From contig JBIPPB010000004.1 of assembly GCA_044368655.1 (NCBI GenBank), positions 566 to 64,565 of the forward strand: a stretch of DNA of 64,000 bases, given 5' to 3'. Below the pieces are notes generated by a model, which worked only from the letters and a program-made list of their open reading frames with translations, was not told the origin of the DNA and made no database searches. This DNA is from Chitinophagales bacterium. GTDB lineage: Bacteria; Bacteroidota; Bacteroidia; Chitinophagales; JADJOU01. Each line of letters opens with the position of its first letter. Positions within the stretch are counted from its first letter, which is position 1. A program made the translations under genes and the position numbers. Shown here piece by piece: positions 50,058 to 61,176 of the stretch.

Positions 50058-50966
50058 ATGGAAAGTACCTATCATAAAAGCGTTTTATTGGATGAATCCA
50101 TTGAAGCTCTAAAGCTGCAACATGAAGGTATCTATGTTGACCTTACTTTTGGCGGTGGAGGTCATTCTAAAGCAATATTAAATCAATTAGGAGAACATGG
50201 AAAATTGTATTCTTTTGATCAAGATGAATATGCCATTAAAAATAAAATTGAAGACTCCAGATGTATTTTGATTCGCGAAAATTTTGAAAACGCAGCAGAC
50301 TATTTATTAGCAATTGGAGTAGAACAAGTTGATGGTGTTTTGGCTGACTTAGGTGTAAGTAGTTTTCAATTTGACCATGACGCCAGTGGGTTTTCATTTA
50401 GAGATGGCATCGATTTAGATATGCGAATGGATAAAAGAAGTGTATTGACCGCTAAAGATATTTTGAACACCTATTCTCATGATCAGTTACAAAAAATATT
50501 TCAAGAATATGGCGAAGTTCGCAATTCAAAAACTTTAGCTAATAGAATCGTAGAATTTCGAATGATTTCTAAATTTGAAAAATCAAATGATTTAAACCAA
50601 ATATTGGATTCCATCAAATTTGGACATTTTACTAGTTATGCAGCGCCTGTATATCAAGCGTTACGAATGGAAGTAAATAAAGAAACGGATGTTTTAAAAA
50701 ACATGTTGCAGTCAATTGTTCCAATTATCAAATCTGGAGGTCGATTGGCAATCATTACATTTCATTCTTTAGAGGATCGAATTGTGAAAAACTTTATGAA
50801 GTATGGGGATTTTGAGAATACTCCAGAAACGGATGATTTATTTGGTAAAAAGAAAAAATTGAATTGGAAATTGTTTCATAAAAAACCGATTGAACCTCAG
50901 AAAGAAGAAGTAAAGCGGAATTCAAGAAGTAGGAGTGCAAAATTAAGAGTAATAGAAATAAACTAA
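50058..50966 (+). CDS. rsmH: 16S rRNA m4C1402 methyltransferase
   Basis: H.SVLL.E, D.TFGGGGHS, DLGVSS.Q, ITFHSLEDR, RSRSAKLR. Confidence 0.96.
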   Translation: MESTYHKSVLLDESIEALKLQHEGIYVDLTFGGGGHSKAILNQLGEHGKLYSFDQDEYAIKNKIEDSRCILIRENFENAADYLLAIGVEQVDGVLADLGVSSFQFDHDASGFSFRDGIDLDMRMDKRSVLTAKDILNTYSHDQLQKIFQEYGEVRNSKTLANRIVEFRMISKFEKSNDLNQILDSIKFGHFTSYAAPVYQALRMEVNKETDVLKNMLQSIVPIIKSGGRLAIITFHSLEDRIVKNFMKYGDFENTPETDDLFGKKKKLNWKLFHKKPIEPQKEEVKRNSRSRSAKLRVIEIN

Positions 50967-50969
50967 GAT

Positions 50970-51302
50970 ATGGAGTCGAATCCTTTTTCTTTACGAATAC
51001 TAATTGAAAGTCTACTTATGTGGACTAGAGAAAATCTGTTGTATTTGATTTTTCTATTTGTTTTAAGTATGGTTTACATTTTAAATAATCATTGGGCGGT
51101 TAAACAAGTTCGATTAATTAATAAAAAATCCAAAGAATTAAAAGAGATTCGATGGGAATATTTGAGTAAAAAAAGTGACTTGATGTATAAAAGTAAACTT
51201 ACTGAAGTGCTTCCTATGGCGGAACAAATGGGCTTAAAACAATTAGAAAATCCACCTTTTATAATAAAATTAAAAAAAGAAGATTATCAGAACCAAAAGT
51301 GA
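50970..51302 (+). CDS. ftsL: FtsL-like cell division protein
   Basis: Single TM plus coiled coil (YILNNH...ELKEIR). Located between rsmH and ftsI. Confidence 0.8.
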   Translation: MESNPFSLRILIESLLMWTRENLLYLIFLFVLSMVYILNNHWAVKQVRLINKKSKELKEIRWEYLSKKSDLMYKSKLTEVLPMAEQMGLKQLENPPFIIKLKKEDYQNQK

Positions 51303-51306
51303 AATT

Positions 51307-53373
51307 TTGGATAGGTCATTTATAATTTTTATATTGCTTATCCTTTGCTCAATTTTTATCGTTTATCGAATCCTTTTGATTCAATACGGGCAAAATGGGT
51401 ATTGGAAAAAAATGTCGGATGACTTAAGTTTGATTACTCGAAAAGTAATTGCGGAGCGTGGTAATATATATACGTATGATGGAAGATTACTATCTACAAC
51501 ATTGCCAACATTCGATTTGTACTTTGATACAAAAGCCGATGGTTTAAATAAAGTTTGGGATGAAAAAATAGACTCTTTGTGCTGGATGTTATCTTTAAGT
51601 TCAAAGGAAAATAAATCCATGGAGGCCTGGAAATCGTACTTTATGGAAGCGCGAAGCAAAAATAATAGATATCTAAAAATTGCTAAAAAACTCACTTTTG
51701 AGGAATATAAATTAATCACGTCATTCCCAATTTTTAGAGAAGGTAAATCAAGAGGTTTGATTGTGGATCAAAACAATACTCGAAAACGACCTTTTGGACT
51801 TTTAGCCCAACGAACTATAGGATATGTGGGGCAGCAAGGCAATGCTCAAATTGGTATTGAAGGCAGATTTAACAATGAACTTTCTGGAGAAAATAAAGAA
51901 ATTTTAATGCAACGCATTTCGGATAATTTTTATATGCCAATCAATGAAAATAGTGAATTTGGTTCAAAGCCAGGATTAGATATTTATACCACAATTGATG
52001 TTAATTTACAAGATGTGGCTGAAGCCGCTTTACTTCAAACGCTAAAAAATTCAAAAGCGCATCACGGTTGTGTTATCTTATCTCATGTAAAAACAGGAGC
52101 TATCAGAGCCATTGCAAACTTATCTTTAAAAAATGGAGAATATGTTGAAGATTATAATTATGCAATTGGAGAAGCTAATGAACCGGGCTCTGTAATCAAA
52201 TTGGCTTCTGTAATGGCTTTAATTGATGAAGGATTTTGTGATGAAAATACGAAAATAAATATCGGAGATGGGGAAACAACTTATTTTGATAAAAAAATGG
52301 TTGACAACCATAAAGGAGGACCCGAAGTTATTACGCTTGCCAAAGCATTTGAAAATTCAAGTAATGTTGGGATTTCTAAACCTATTTTCAAACATTTTCA
52401 AAATGACAAAGAAAAATACTATGAAAAATTAGAACAATTTCATTTAACCAAACCCTTTGGTATAGAAATTAAGGGTGAAGCCGATCCTTTAATCAAAAAG
52501 CCAAAAGAATGGTCTGGGATTTCTCTTCCATGGATGTCAATTGGTTATGAAATGAAGTTGACGCCTCTTCAAATTTTATGTTTTTATGCGGCAGTTGCTA
52601 ATAATGGTAAAATGATGAAACCATATTTAGTAAGCCAAATAAAAGAAAATCAAAAAGTTATTGAAAACTTTGATCCAATAGTTTTAAGCAAACAAATTGC
52701 TAAACCAGAAACAATAAAAGCGGCTCAAAACATGCTTCAAATGGTTGTAGATTCAGGAACCGCCAAAAGAATTAAAAGTAATTATCAAATTGCGGGAAAA
52801 ACAGGTACCAACTTGATAACGTATAAAAAGAATTGGACAACTCAAAAGAAATATCAAGCTTCTTTTGTTGGATATTTTCCAGCGAAAAAACCGGAATACG
52901 CTTGTATTGTTGTTGTTAATGATCCTTCAGTAGGAAGTTATTATGGAAGTGATGTGGCCGCTCCAGTTTTCAAAAAGATTGCAGACCGAATTTATACTAC
53001 AGATATTGCAATTCATCCTTCTTTAGACAGTATTTCAAAAATTAGAAATTTCAGTTTACCTTCTTTTAAAGGAATTAAAAAAGATATTTTAGAAGTCACT
53101 AAAAATTTAGAATGGAAATCACATTTTGGAGATATCAAGACAGAATGGATTACAGCTGTCGTTGCAAATAATCAAGTGGTTTTAAAGCCCTCTTATTTTA
53201 ATCAAAAATTAATGCCAAACTTAAAGTCAATGTCTGCCAAAGATGCTGTTTTTTTAGTAGAAAGCATGGGATTAAGAGCAGAATTACAAGGGCGTGGTAA
53301 AATTTTAAGCCAATCTATAGCGCCAGGAGAAAAAGTTTATAAAGGATTTATTGTAAAATTAATATTAGGATAA
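51307..53373 (+). CDS. ftsI: Penicillin-binding protein 3 with PASTA domain
   Basis: RGNIY, EPGSVIK (SxxK), SSN, KTG, C-terminal PASTA. The true start may be slightly upstream (ATT 51283). Confidence 0.92.
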   Translation: MDRSFIIFILLILCSIFIVYRILLIQYGQNGYWKKMSDDLSLITRKVIAERGNIYTYDGRLLSTTLPTFDLYFDTKADGLNKVWDEKIDSLCWMLSLSSKENKSMEAWKSYFMEARSKNNRYLKIAKKLTFEEYKLITSFPIFREGKSRGLIVDQNNTRKRPFGLLAQRTIGYVGQQGNAQIGIEGRFNNELSGENKEILMQRISDNFYMPINENSEFGSKPGLDIYTTIDVNLQDVAEAALLQTLKNSKAHHGCVILSHVKTGAIRAIANLSLKNGEYVEDYNYAIGEANEPGSVIKLASVMALIDEGFCDENTKINIGDGETTYFDKKMVDNHKGGPEVITLAKAFENSSNVGISKPIFKHFQNDKEKYYEKLEQFHLTKPFGIEIKGEADPLIKKPKEWSGISLPWMSIGYEMKLTPLQILCFYAAVANNGKMMKPYLVSQIKENQKVIENFDPIVLSKQIAKPETIKAAQNMLQMVVDSGTAKRIKSNYQIAGKTGTNLITYKKNWTTQKKYQASFVGYFPAKKPEYACIVVVNDPSVGSYYGSDVAAPVFKKIADRIYTTDIAIHPSLDSISKIRNFSLPSFKGIKKDILEVTKNLEWKSHFGDIKTEWITAVVANNQVVLKPSYFNQKLMPNLKSMSAKDAVFLVESMGLRAELQGRGKILSQSIAPGEKVYKGFIVKLILG

Positions 53374-54843
53374 ATGATAAAACGATTCGATGAACTTATT
53401 AAAAATATTGATTTTGTTGAAATAATTCAACAACAAGCCGATATTGAAATTCATCAAGTTTCTCTTGATAGTAGATTTGTAGAATCCAATTCGTTATTCG
53501 TTGCTATTAAAGGAACGCATACAGATGGGCATGAATATATTTCAAAAGCTATTGAAAAAGGAGCTGTAGTTATTATTTGTAATAAATTGCCTTCTGAAAT
53601 AAACAAAAACGTAATATATGTAAGAGTTGAAGACCCTTCGTTTGTACTTGGAATTATTGCATCCGAATTTTATGGAAACCCCTCGCATAAAATGAAAGTT
53701 GTAGGAGTTACTGGAACTAATGGTAAAACGACAACAGCTTCTTTGTTATATCAGTTATTTACAAAATTAGGCTATTCATGTGGATTGATTTCTACAATAG
53801 ATATAAAAATAGGCTCAGAATCGATACCCTCATCACATACAACACCCGATGCTGTTTCTATCCAACGTGTTATGCATCAAATGGTTGAGAAAGAATGCGC
53901 ATACTGTTTTATGGAAGTAAGCAGTCATGCGGTAGATCAGAATCGAATTGCTGGAATTGCTTATGATGGTGCTATTTTTACAAATATAACGCATGATCAT
54001 TTAGATTATCATCTTACATTTTCAAATTACCTAAAGGCTAAAAAACAGTTTTTTGATCATTTGCCAAAAGATGCTATTGCATTAACCAATATGGATGATA
54101 AAAATGGTTTAGTCATGTTGCAAAATTGCCAAGCAATGCATAGGACTTACAGTTTACAAGCTATGTCAAATTATAGATGTACTATCATTGACAAATTTCA
54201 AGAAGGAATGAGTTTGAAATTGGATGGTGTTGAGGTTTATACAAAATTATCTGGAACTTTTAACGCGTATAATCTGCTTTCGGTTTATGCCATGGCACTT
54301 GAGTTAGGTATGCAAAAAGAAGATGTGTATTTAGCTATATCTACCTTAAATCCAATTCATGGAAGGTTTGATACTTCAATCTCTGAAGTTAAGAAAATAG
54401 TAGGTATTGTAGATTATGCACACACACCTGACGCATTAGAGAAAGTGCTTATTGAGGCTCAAAAATTGAAAAAGTCATCAAAAATTATAACAATTATTGG
54501 ATGTGGTGGAAATCGTGATAAGGAAAAAAGGCCATTAATGGCAAAAATTGCTTGTCAGAATTCAGATAAAGTCATTTTAACTTCGGATAATCCAAGATTC
54601 GAAAGCCCAATTGATATTTTAAATGATATGAAAGAAGGCTTAGAAAAAGATTTAAAAGTTAAAAGTTTGACTATTGTAGATCGTCTTGAGGCCATCAGAA
54701 CGGCTTGCGTTTTGGCAGAATCTCAAGATATTGTTGTATTGGCAGGAAAGGGACATGAATCTTATCAAGAAATAGAAGGTATAAAACATCCATTTGATGA
54801 TAAAAAAATATTATTAGAAACTTGGAACGAAATGAATTTATAA
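53374..54843 (+). CDS. murE: UDP-MurNAc-tripeptide synthetase (meso-DAP type)
   Basis: GVTGTNGKTT, MEVSSH, DYAHTPD, DNPR. Confidence 0.96.
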   Translation: MIKRFDELIKNIDFVEIIQQQADIEIHQVSLDSRFVESNSLFVAIKGTHTDGHEYISKAIEKGAVVIICNKLPSEINKNVIYVRVEDPSFVLGIIASEFYGNPSHKMKVVGVTGTNGKTTTASLLYQLFTKLGYSCGLISTIDIKIGSESIPSSHTTPDAVSIQRVMHQMVEKECAYCFMEVSSHAVDQNRIAGIAYDGAIFTNITHDHLDYHLTFSNYLKAKKQFFDHLPKDAIALTNMDDKNGLVMLQNCQAMHRTYSLQAMSNYRCTIIDKFQEGMSLKLDGVEVYTKLSGTFNAYNLLSVYAMALELGMQKEDVYLAISTLNPIHGRFDTSISEVKKIVGIVDYAHTPDALEKVLIEAQKLKKSSKIITIIGCGGNRDKEKRPLMAKIACQNSDKVILTSDNPRFESPIDILNDMKEGLEKDLKVKSLTIVDRLEAIRTACVLAESQDIVVLAGKGHESYQEIEGIKHPFDDKKILLETWNEMNL

Positions 54844-54858
54844 TCTTAAAAAATTAAT

Positions 54859-56154
54859 ATGCTATATCATCTTTTTCATTTTTTAGATCAAAAATTAAAT
54901 CTGCCAGGCGCAAATTTATTCAACTATCTGTCATTTAGAGCGGGCATGGCGGTTATTTTTAGTTTGTTAATTATGGTCGTTTTTGGTAAAAAACTAATTT
55001 CGTTTTTACAAAAGAAACAAATAGGTGAAACGATTCGAGATTTAGGATTAGAAGGTCAAATGCAAAAAACGGGAACGCCAACTATGGGCGGTTTAATCAT
55101 CATTGCATCAATTGTAATTCCAACATTATTATTTGCAAATTTAACCAATGTATATATTTGGATGTTAATTGTTGTTTCAATATTGCTTGGATTTATTGGA
55201 TTTTTAGATGATTATATTAAAGTTTTCAAAAAAAATAAAGAAGGACTAAAAGGTCGTTTCAAAATAGTAGGTCAGGTTATTGTCAGTATTTTTGTTGCAA
55301 TCATGATGTATTTTCATCCAGATATTAAAGTAAGAGATTTAGATCACGTTTATGTTTTTACTTTAAATGATGGCGTAATAAATGATCCATACAATCCTGT
55401 TTTTAAAGAAAAAACCACAGAAATCATCAAAGGAAAAGGATATGAAAAAGATGGTTTGTTTTATACGCACGATACAAAAGATTTAATCACCAATGTTCCA
55501 TTTTTAAAAGGAAACAATCTGAACTATGATAAATTCTTCGAAAAATTAGGATTACATCCATCGTTGTATTTTATCCCTTTTTTCCTGATATTAATTTTTA
55601 TAATCACTGCCGTTTCTAATGGAGCAAATATTACAGATGGAATTGATGGTTTGGCTGCGGGAAGTTCTGCGTTGATTGGAATTAGTTTAGCTGTATTGAC
55701 TTATATTACAGGAAACAGTATTTTTTCAGATTACCTCAATGTTTTATATATTCCTAACCTTGGAGAATTGGTAGTTTTTGTAAGTGCGTTTATTGCAGCG
55801 TGTGTCGGATTTTTGTGGTGGAATAGCTATCCTGCACAAATTTTTATGGGAGATACGGGCAGCTTAGCTTTAGGAGGAATTATTGCTACAATTGCAATAA
55901 TTATTAGAAAAGAATTGATGATTCCATTATTGTGTGGCATCTTTTTGGCGGAGAATTTATCCGTGATGATTCAAGTAGCTTATTTTAAATATACTAAAAA
56001 GAAGTTTGGAGAAGGTAGACGTATTTTTTTAATGTCGCCATTGCATCATCATTTTCAAAAGAAAGGGATTCCAGAATCAAAAATTGTAATGCGATTTTGG
56101 ATTGTAGGTGTTTTTTTATCGGTAATGAGTATTGTATTATTAAAACTTAGATAA
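54859..56154 (+). CDS. mraY: Phospho-MurNAc-pentapeptide transferase
   Basis: [31 protein letters not shown]. Confidence 0.96.
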   Translation: MLYHLFHFLDQKLNLPGANLFNYLSFRAGMAVIFSLLIMVVFGKKLISFLQKKQIGETIRDLGLEGQMQKTGTPTMGGLIIIASIVIPTLLFANLTNVYIWMLIVVSILLGFIGFLDDYIKVFKKNKEGLKGRFKIVGQVIVSIFVAIMMYFHPDIKVRDLDHVYVFTLNDGVINDPYNPVFKEKTTEIIKGKGYEKDGLFYTHDTKDLITNVPFLKGNNLNYDKFFEKLGLHPSLYFIPFFLILIFIITAVSNGANITDGIDGLAAGSSALIGISLAVLTYITGNSIFSDYLNVLYIPNLGELVVFVSAFIAACVGFLWWNSYPAQIFMGDTGSLALGGIIATIAIIIRKELMIPLLCGIFLAENLSVMIQVAYFKYTKKKFGEGRRIFLMSPLHHHFQKKGIPESKIVMRFWIVGVFLSVMSIVLLKLR

Positions 56155-56169
56155 TCTCAAATTGTATTT

Positions 56170-57516
56170 ATGAAAGAAAAAGTAGTAATTTTAGGAGGTG
56201 GCGAAAGCGGTGTTGGAGCAGCGATTCTTGCAAAAGATCTTGGATTTGAGGTGTTCCTTTCCGAACAGAAAGCGTTGAAGGAAGTTTATAAAAATCAGTT
56301 AGTAGAAGAAGGCATTTTATTTGAAGAAGGTTTTCATACGAATGAACTCATTTTGGGCGCAAATAAGATTATAAAGAGTCCAGGTATTCCGGATAGTGCT
56401 CCAATTGTTCAAGAAATTAAACATCGAAACATTGAGTTAATTTCTGAAATTGAATTTGCATATAGATATCAAAAGGGAAAAATTGTAGGGATTACAGGTA
56501 GTAATGGTAAAACAACGACTACAAATTTAATTTATCATATTTTTAATCAAGCAGGACTCAATGTAGGCATGGCAGGCAATGTAGGAAATAGTTTTGCGTA
56601 TATGGTTGCTCGAGCACCAAAAGACATTTATGTATTAGAAATTAGCAGTTTTCAACTTGATGATGTTAAAGATTTCAAATGTGATGTTGCCATATTGTTG
56701 AACATTACTCCAGATCATTTAGACCGCTATCAATATGAAATGAAAAACTATGTTTTTTCTAAATTTAAAATTACTCAAAATCAAACTGAAAAAGATGTAT
56801 TTATTTATTGTAAAGATGATCAAGAAACTATAAACTTTATGAAAGCAAATTCAGAGAAAATTATTGCAGATAAAATACCTTTTTCAATAATGGAAAAAGT
56901 AGATCGTGGTGGGTACTTAGATGATGAAGATCGTCTTATTTTAAACTATAAAGAGCCTTATTATGAAATGGAAACAAAACAACTAACTATTAAAGGCAAA
57001 CATAATCAATATAATTCTTTGGCTGCAGGAATTGCGGCACAGCATTTTAATATAAAAAGTGAAAAGTTAAAAGCTTGTTTTCAATCGTTTAAAGCGATTC
57101 CGCATCGAATGGAGTCCTTTTTGACACTTGGAGGTATTGAATATATCAATGATAGTAAAGCTACGAATGTAAATAGTACGTGGTATGCTTTAGAAAGTTT
57201 AAATAAAAAAGCCGTTTGGATAATAGGTGGGGTTGATAAAGGTAATGATTATTCTGTTTTAAAAGAATTGGCAAAGCATAAAGTAAAAGCTATTGTTTGT
57301 TTAGGAGAAGATACCATAAAAATTCACCAAGCATTTACAGGTGTTGTTGATGTCATGACATCTGCTCAAACAATGAAAGAGGCTGTAAAAGTTGCAAGTA
57401 AATTGGCTCAAAAAGGAGATTGTGTGATTTTGTCTCCATGCTGTGCAAGTTTTGACTTATTTGCCAATTATGAAGAAAGAGGAAATGTATTTAAACAATG
57501 TGTTAGAGAATTATAA
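56170..57516 (+). CDS. murD: UDP-MurNAc-L-Ala--D-Glu ligase
   Basis: KSPG, GSNGKTTT, E.SSFQL, DHLDRY, NDSKATN, SP.CASFD. Confidence 0.96.
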   Translation: MKEKVVILGGGESGVGAAILAKDLGFEVFLSEQKALKEVYKNQLVEEGILFEEGFHTNELILGANKIIKSPGIPDSAPIVQEIKHRNIELISEIEFAYRYQKGKIVGITGSNGKTTTTNLIYHIFNQAGLNVGMAGNVGNSFAYMVARAPKDIYVLEISSFQLDDVKDFKCDVAILLNITPDHLDRYQYEMKNYVFSKFKITQNQTEKDVFIYCKDDQETINFMKANSEKIIADKIPFSIMEKVDRGGYLDDEDRLILNYKEPYYEMETKQLTIKGKHNQYNSLAAGIAAQHFNIKSEKLKACFQSFKAIPHRMESFLTLGGIEYINDSKATNVNSTWYALESLNKKAVWIIGGVDKGNDYSVLKELAKHKVKAIVCLGEDTIKIHQAFTGVVDVMTSAQTMKEAVKVASKLAQKGDCVILSPCCASFDLFANYEERGNVFKQCVREL

Positions 57517-57519
57517 AAA

Positions 57520-58725
57520 ATGAATACAAGTAGATTGTTTGATTTTTTTAAAGGCGACAAATATCTTTGGATAGTAGTTATTCTATTGTCGATATTTGGT
57601 ATTATTGCTATTTTTAGCAGTACCGAAATCCTTTCATATAAAAAGGAAACATCTCTTTTCTTTTACTTTTTCAAACATTTTGTAATCGTAATACTGTCTT
57701 TGGCAATTGCATATTTTGTACAATTGATTCCTTATCAATATTATGCAGGTATATGGAAGTTGTTATTACCATTAAGTGTTGTTGCTTTGATTTATGCAAT
57801 GTTTTTTGGTGGTAAAATCAATGAAGCTGGCCGATGGATTGAAATTCCTGTCATTAATTTAACGTTTCAAGCATCTGATTTGGCTAAAGTGGCTTTGGTC
57901 TTGTTTTTGTCTCGTTTTATGAGTAAAAATCAAGAACATATTAAAGAATTCAAACGAGGCTTTCTTCCAATGTTAGCAGTTGTTGGAGTGATTTGTTTTT
58001 TAATCTTTTTAGAAAATGTATCGACTTCAATAATGTTGTTTATGATGGCGGTTGTAATGATGTTTGTTGGACGTGTTAATAATTTTCATTTATTTGGATT
58101 ACTAGCGGCTATGGCACTATGTGTATTTTTAGCAGTTACAATTATGTTAAAAGTTCCAGACGAGTATTTAAAAATAGGAAGGTTAAGAACAGCTAAAACA
58201 AGAATTGAACATTTCGGTGCTGGTGATAAAGAAATGCTTTATCAAGTAAAACACGCCAATATAGCAATTGCTAATGGGGGCATTTTGCCTAATGGTCCAG
58301 GTAATAGCCGACAAAAGTATTTTCTACCGAATGCGTTTTCGGATTATGTATATGCTATCATTATTGAAGAATGGGGACTTTTTGGAGGAGTCATTATTTT
58401 GGTGCTCTATCTTGTATTTTTATATCGAATAATTCTAATTGTTCTAAATAGTCCTCGAACTTTTGGTGCGTTGGTTGCTTTGGGTTTAGGTTTGTCGATA
58501 GTAATTCAAGCTTTTTTCCATATTATGGTTAACGTTGGTATTTTGCCTTCTACTGGAGTTACTTTGCCTTTTGTAAGTATGGGAGGAAGTAGTATTTTCT
58601 TTTTTGGTTTTGCTTTAGGTATTATAATAAGTGTGAGTAAAAGCGTTGAAAATGATGACTTAGGAAAAGCGCCTAAAAACGAAAGTTATATTGAGGAATT
58701 AGAACAACAAATTAGTGTATTATGA
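57520..58725 (+). CDS. ftsW: SEDS peptidoglycan polymerase FtsW
   Basis: A.RWI, FQ.S..AK, SD....I.EE.G, P.TGVTLPFVS.GGSS. Confidence 0.92.
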   Translation: MNTSRLFDFFKGDKYLWIVVILLSIFGIIAIFSSTEILSYKKETSLFFYFFKHFVIVILSLAIAYFVQLIPYQYYAGIWKLLLPLSVVALIYAMFFGGKINEAGRWIEIPVINLTFQASDLAKVALVLFLSRFMSKNQEHIKEFKRGFLPMLAVVGVICFLIFLENVSTSIMLFMMAVVMMFVGRVNNFHLFGLLAAMALCVFLAVTIMLKVPDEYLKIGRLRTAKTRIEHFGAGDKEMLYQVKHANIAIANGGILPNGPGNSRQKYFLPNAFSDYVYAIIIEEWGLFGGVIILVLYLVFLYRIILIVLNSPRTFGALVALGLGLSIVIQAFFHIMVNVGILPSTGVTLPFVSMGGSSIFFFGFALGIIISVSKSVENDDLGKAPKNESYIEELEQQISVL

Positions 58726-59855
58726 CAGACATAAGAGTAATAAGAGTTTTATTTAGTTGTGGAGGTACAGGAGGTCATATTTATCCTGCAGTTTCAATTG
58801 CTAGGGCAATTCAAAGTAAATTGCCAAACGTAGAAATTTTGTTTGTTGGGGCAAATGGAAAAATGGAAATGCAAAAAGTACCTAAAGAGGGATTCGAAAT
58901 TAAAGGATTAACCATTGCGGGTTTTCAAAGAGGTTTTAATTGGAATAGTATCTCTAAAAATTTACTATTGCCTTTCAAACTAATATTTAGCTTTTTTCAA
59001 ACGTTTTGGATTTTATATAAGTTCAGACCCGATGTGGCAATAGGAACAGGTGGTTATGCATCAGGCCCAACTTTAAAAATGGCTCAATGGATGGATATTC
59101 CAACATTTATTCAAGAACAAAATGCACTTCCTGGTTATACGAATCGGATTTTAGGTCAAAAAGCCAAAGCGATATTTGTATCTTTTGATCAAATGGAAGC
59201 CTATTTTTCAAATAAAAATATCTTTAATTTTGGAAATGCAATTCGGGAAGATTTTTCTAGTGATTTAAAATCCAAATCAGAAGCTTTACAATATTTTAAT
59301 TTTGATCAAAATAAAAAAACGGTTTTCATTACTGGCGGAAGTTTAGGCGCTAGACCAATTAATCAGGCATTATCAAATCAGCTAAATCTATTGATAGAAA
59401 ATAATATCCAAGTTATTTGGCAGTGTGGCGCTAACTATTTGGAGCAATACAAAGTTTATGAGTCGCCTTTGGTTAAAGTTTTTGGTTTTATCGAAAACAT
59501 TCATATGGCTTATGCTGCAGCAGATATTATAGTTACACGAGCTGGTGGTGCCATTTTTGAAATGTTTGTGATTGGAAAACCAATTATTGTTTTACCTTCT
59601 CCTTATGTAGCCGAAGATCATCAAACAGTAAACGCTAAAGCGCTCGAAAATCAAAAAGCTGCTATCATGATTAAAGATCAAGAAGCTAATGAAAAATTAG
59701 TTTCTACGATAATTTCTTTACTTCATAACGCTGAATTACAACTAGAAATGCAACAAAAACTTAAAAGCTTAGCAAAACCAAATGCAGCCAGTCAAATTGC
59801 GGAGTATGTAATTTCTTTTTTAAATAATAAAAATACGGATAATGGAAGATATTAA
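58722..59855 (+). CDS. murG: Lipid II GlcNAc transferase
   Basis: GGTGGHIYP, GGYAS.P, EQN..PG, GGSLGA, HQ..NA. Confidence 0.96.
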   Translation: MTDIRVIRVLFSCGGTGGHIYPAVSIARAIQSKLPNVEILFVGANGKMEMQKVPKEGFEIKGLTIAGFQRGFNWNSISKNLLLPFKLIFSFFQTFWILYKFRPDVAIGTGGYASGPTLKMAQWMDIPTFIQEQNALPGYTNRILGQKAKAIFVSFDQMEAYFSNKNIFNFGNAIREDFSSDLKSKSEALQYFNFDQNKKTVFITGGSLGARPINQALSNQLNLLIENNIQVIWQCGANYLEQYKVYESPLVKVFGFIENIHMAYAAADIIVTRAGGAIFEMFVIGKPIIVLPSPYVAEDHQTVNAKALENQKAAIMIKDQEANEKLVSTIISLLHNAELQLEMQQKLKSLAKPNAASQIAEYVISFLNNKNTDNGRY

Positions 59856-61173
59856 AAGAATTTATTTTTTAGGAATAGGAGGCATTGGCATGAGTGCTAT
59901 TGCTCGATATTTCTTACAAATAAACAAAGAAGTTTTTGGATATGACAAAACGCCAAGCGAGATTACGGATGATTTAATCAAAGATGGCGCTAAAATTCAA
60001 TTTGAAGATGATGCCACATTTTTTCCTGAAAATATTGATTTAGTAATTTATACACCAGCGATACCAAAAACAAGTGCCTTGTTTAATCATATTTTATCGC
60101 AAGATATCGAAATGATAAAAAGAAGTTCGGCGCTGGGTATGATTACCAAAGATAAATTTACAATAGCCGTTGCTGGAAGCCACGGAAAAACGACCGTAAG
60201 TTCAATGGTAGCACATGTTTTAAAAACTTGTGGTGTCGATTGTAGCGCCTTTTTAGGTGGTATTTCTTCTAATTTCAATAGTAATTACGTTTTTGGGAAT
60301 GATGATGTGGTAGTTGTTGAAGCGGATGAATTTGATCGATCATTTATGCAATTACATCCAAATATTATTGTTGTAACAAGTATTGATACCGACCATTTAG
60401 ATATTTATGGAAATAAAGAAAATATAATAAAAGCCTTTCAAGCTTTTGTAGATAAATTGGACGAAAATGGTATTTTAATTATCAATGAAAAAGCCGTAGA
60501 GGATTTAAATATCAAATCTGAAAAAGTGGTTTATGGCTTTAATAATGAAGAATATAATGCAACAGACGTAGCATTAGGCGAAGATTTTAGTTCCTTTCAA
60601 ATCAATGAGGATGTTCAAAAATATAAACTCCAATTTAATGGAAGACATAATATAGAAAATGCATTAGCTGCCGTTATTGTGGGGTCCATGATGGATATTG
60701 AAGAAACCGAAATAGCAAAAGCACTTAACGGATTTAAAGGAATTAAAAGACGTTTTGAAGTTTTATTCAAGTCAAACAATTATGTATTTATCGATGACTA
60801 TGCGCATCATCCCAATGAAGTTCGTTCGACATTAATGAGTATAAGAGAAATTTATCCTAATAAAAAATTGACTTGTGTCTTTCAGCCGCATTTATTTTCA
60901 AGAACTAAAGATTTGTACCTTGAATTTGCGCAAGCTTTGGATATCGCCGATGAAGTTTTACTTCTTGATATTTATCCTGCAAGAGAATTGCCGATTGAAG
61001 GAATCACCTCAAAATGTATTTTAGATGAAATGACAACAAAAGTAAAAATAGTTTCTAAATCAGAAGTTTTGGAATATGTGAAAAAAGAAAAAATTGAAGT
61101 GTTTACAACGTTGGGTGCTGGGGATATTAATTTAATTAACCAAGAAATTATTGATATTTTAAAGAATAAATAA
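59842..61173 (+). CDS. murC: UDP-MurNAc--L-Ala ligase
   Basis: GIGGIGMS, GSHGKTT, EADEFD, DDYAHHP, FQPH..SRT. Confidence 0.96.
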   Translation: MEDIKRIYFLGIGGIGMSAIARYFLQINKEVFGYDKTPSEITDDLIKDGAKIQFEDDATFFPENIDLVIYTPAIPKTSALFNHILSQDIEMIKRSSALGMITKDKFTIAVAGSHGKTTVSSMVAHVLKTCGVDCSAFLGGISSNFNSNYVFGNDDVVVVEADEFDRSFMQLHPNIIVVTSIDTDHLDIYGNKENIIKAFQAFVDKLDENGILIINEKAVEDLNIKSEKVVYGFNNEEYNATDVALGEDFSSFQINEDVQKYKLQFNGRHNIENALAAVIVGSMMDIEETEIAKALNGFKGIKRRFEVLFKSNNYVFIDDYAHHPNEVRSTLMSIREIYPNKKLTCVFQPHLFSRTKDLYLEFAQALDIADEVLLLDIYPARELPIEGITSKCILDEMTTKVKIVSKSEVLEYVKKEKIEVFTTLGAGDINLINQEIIDILKNK

Positions 61174-61176
61174 AGA

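Noticed and set aside
53374..56154. Missing murF, and a long loop insertion in MraY
   Set aside because: Both are ordinary for Bacteroidota dcw clusters.
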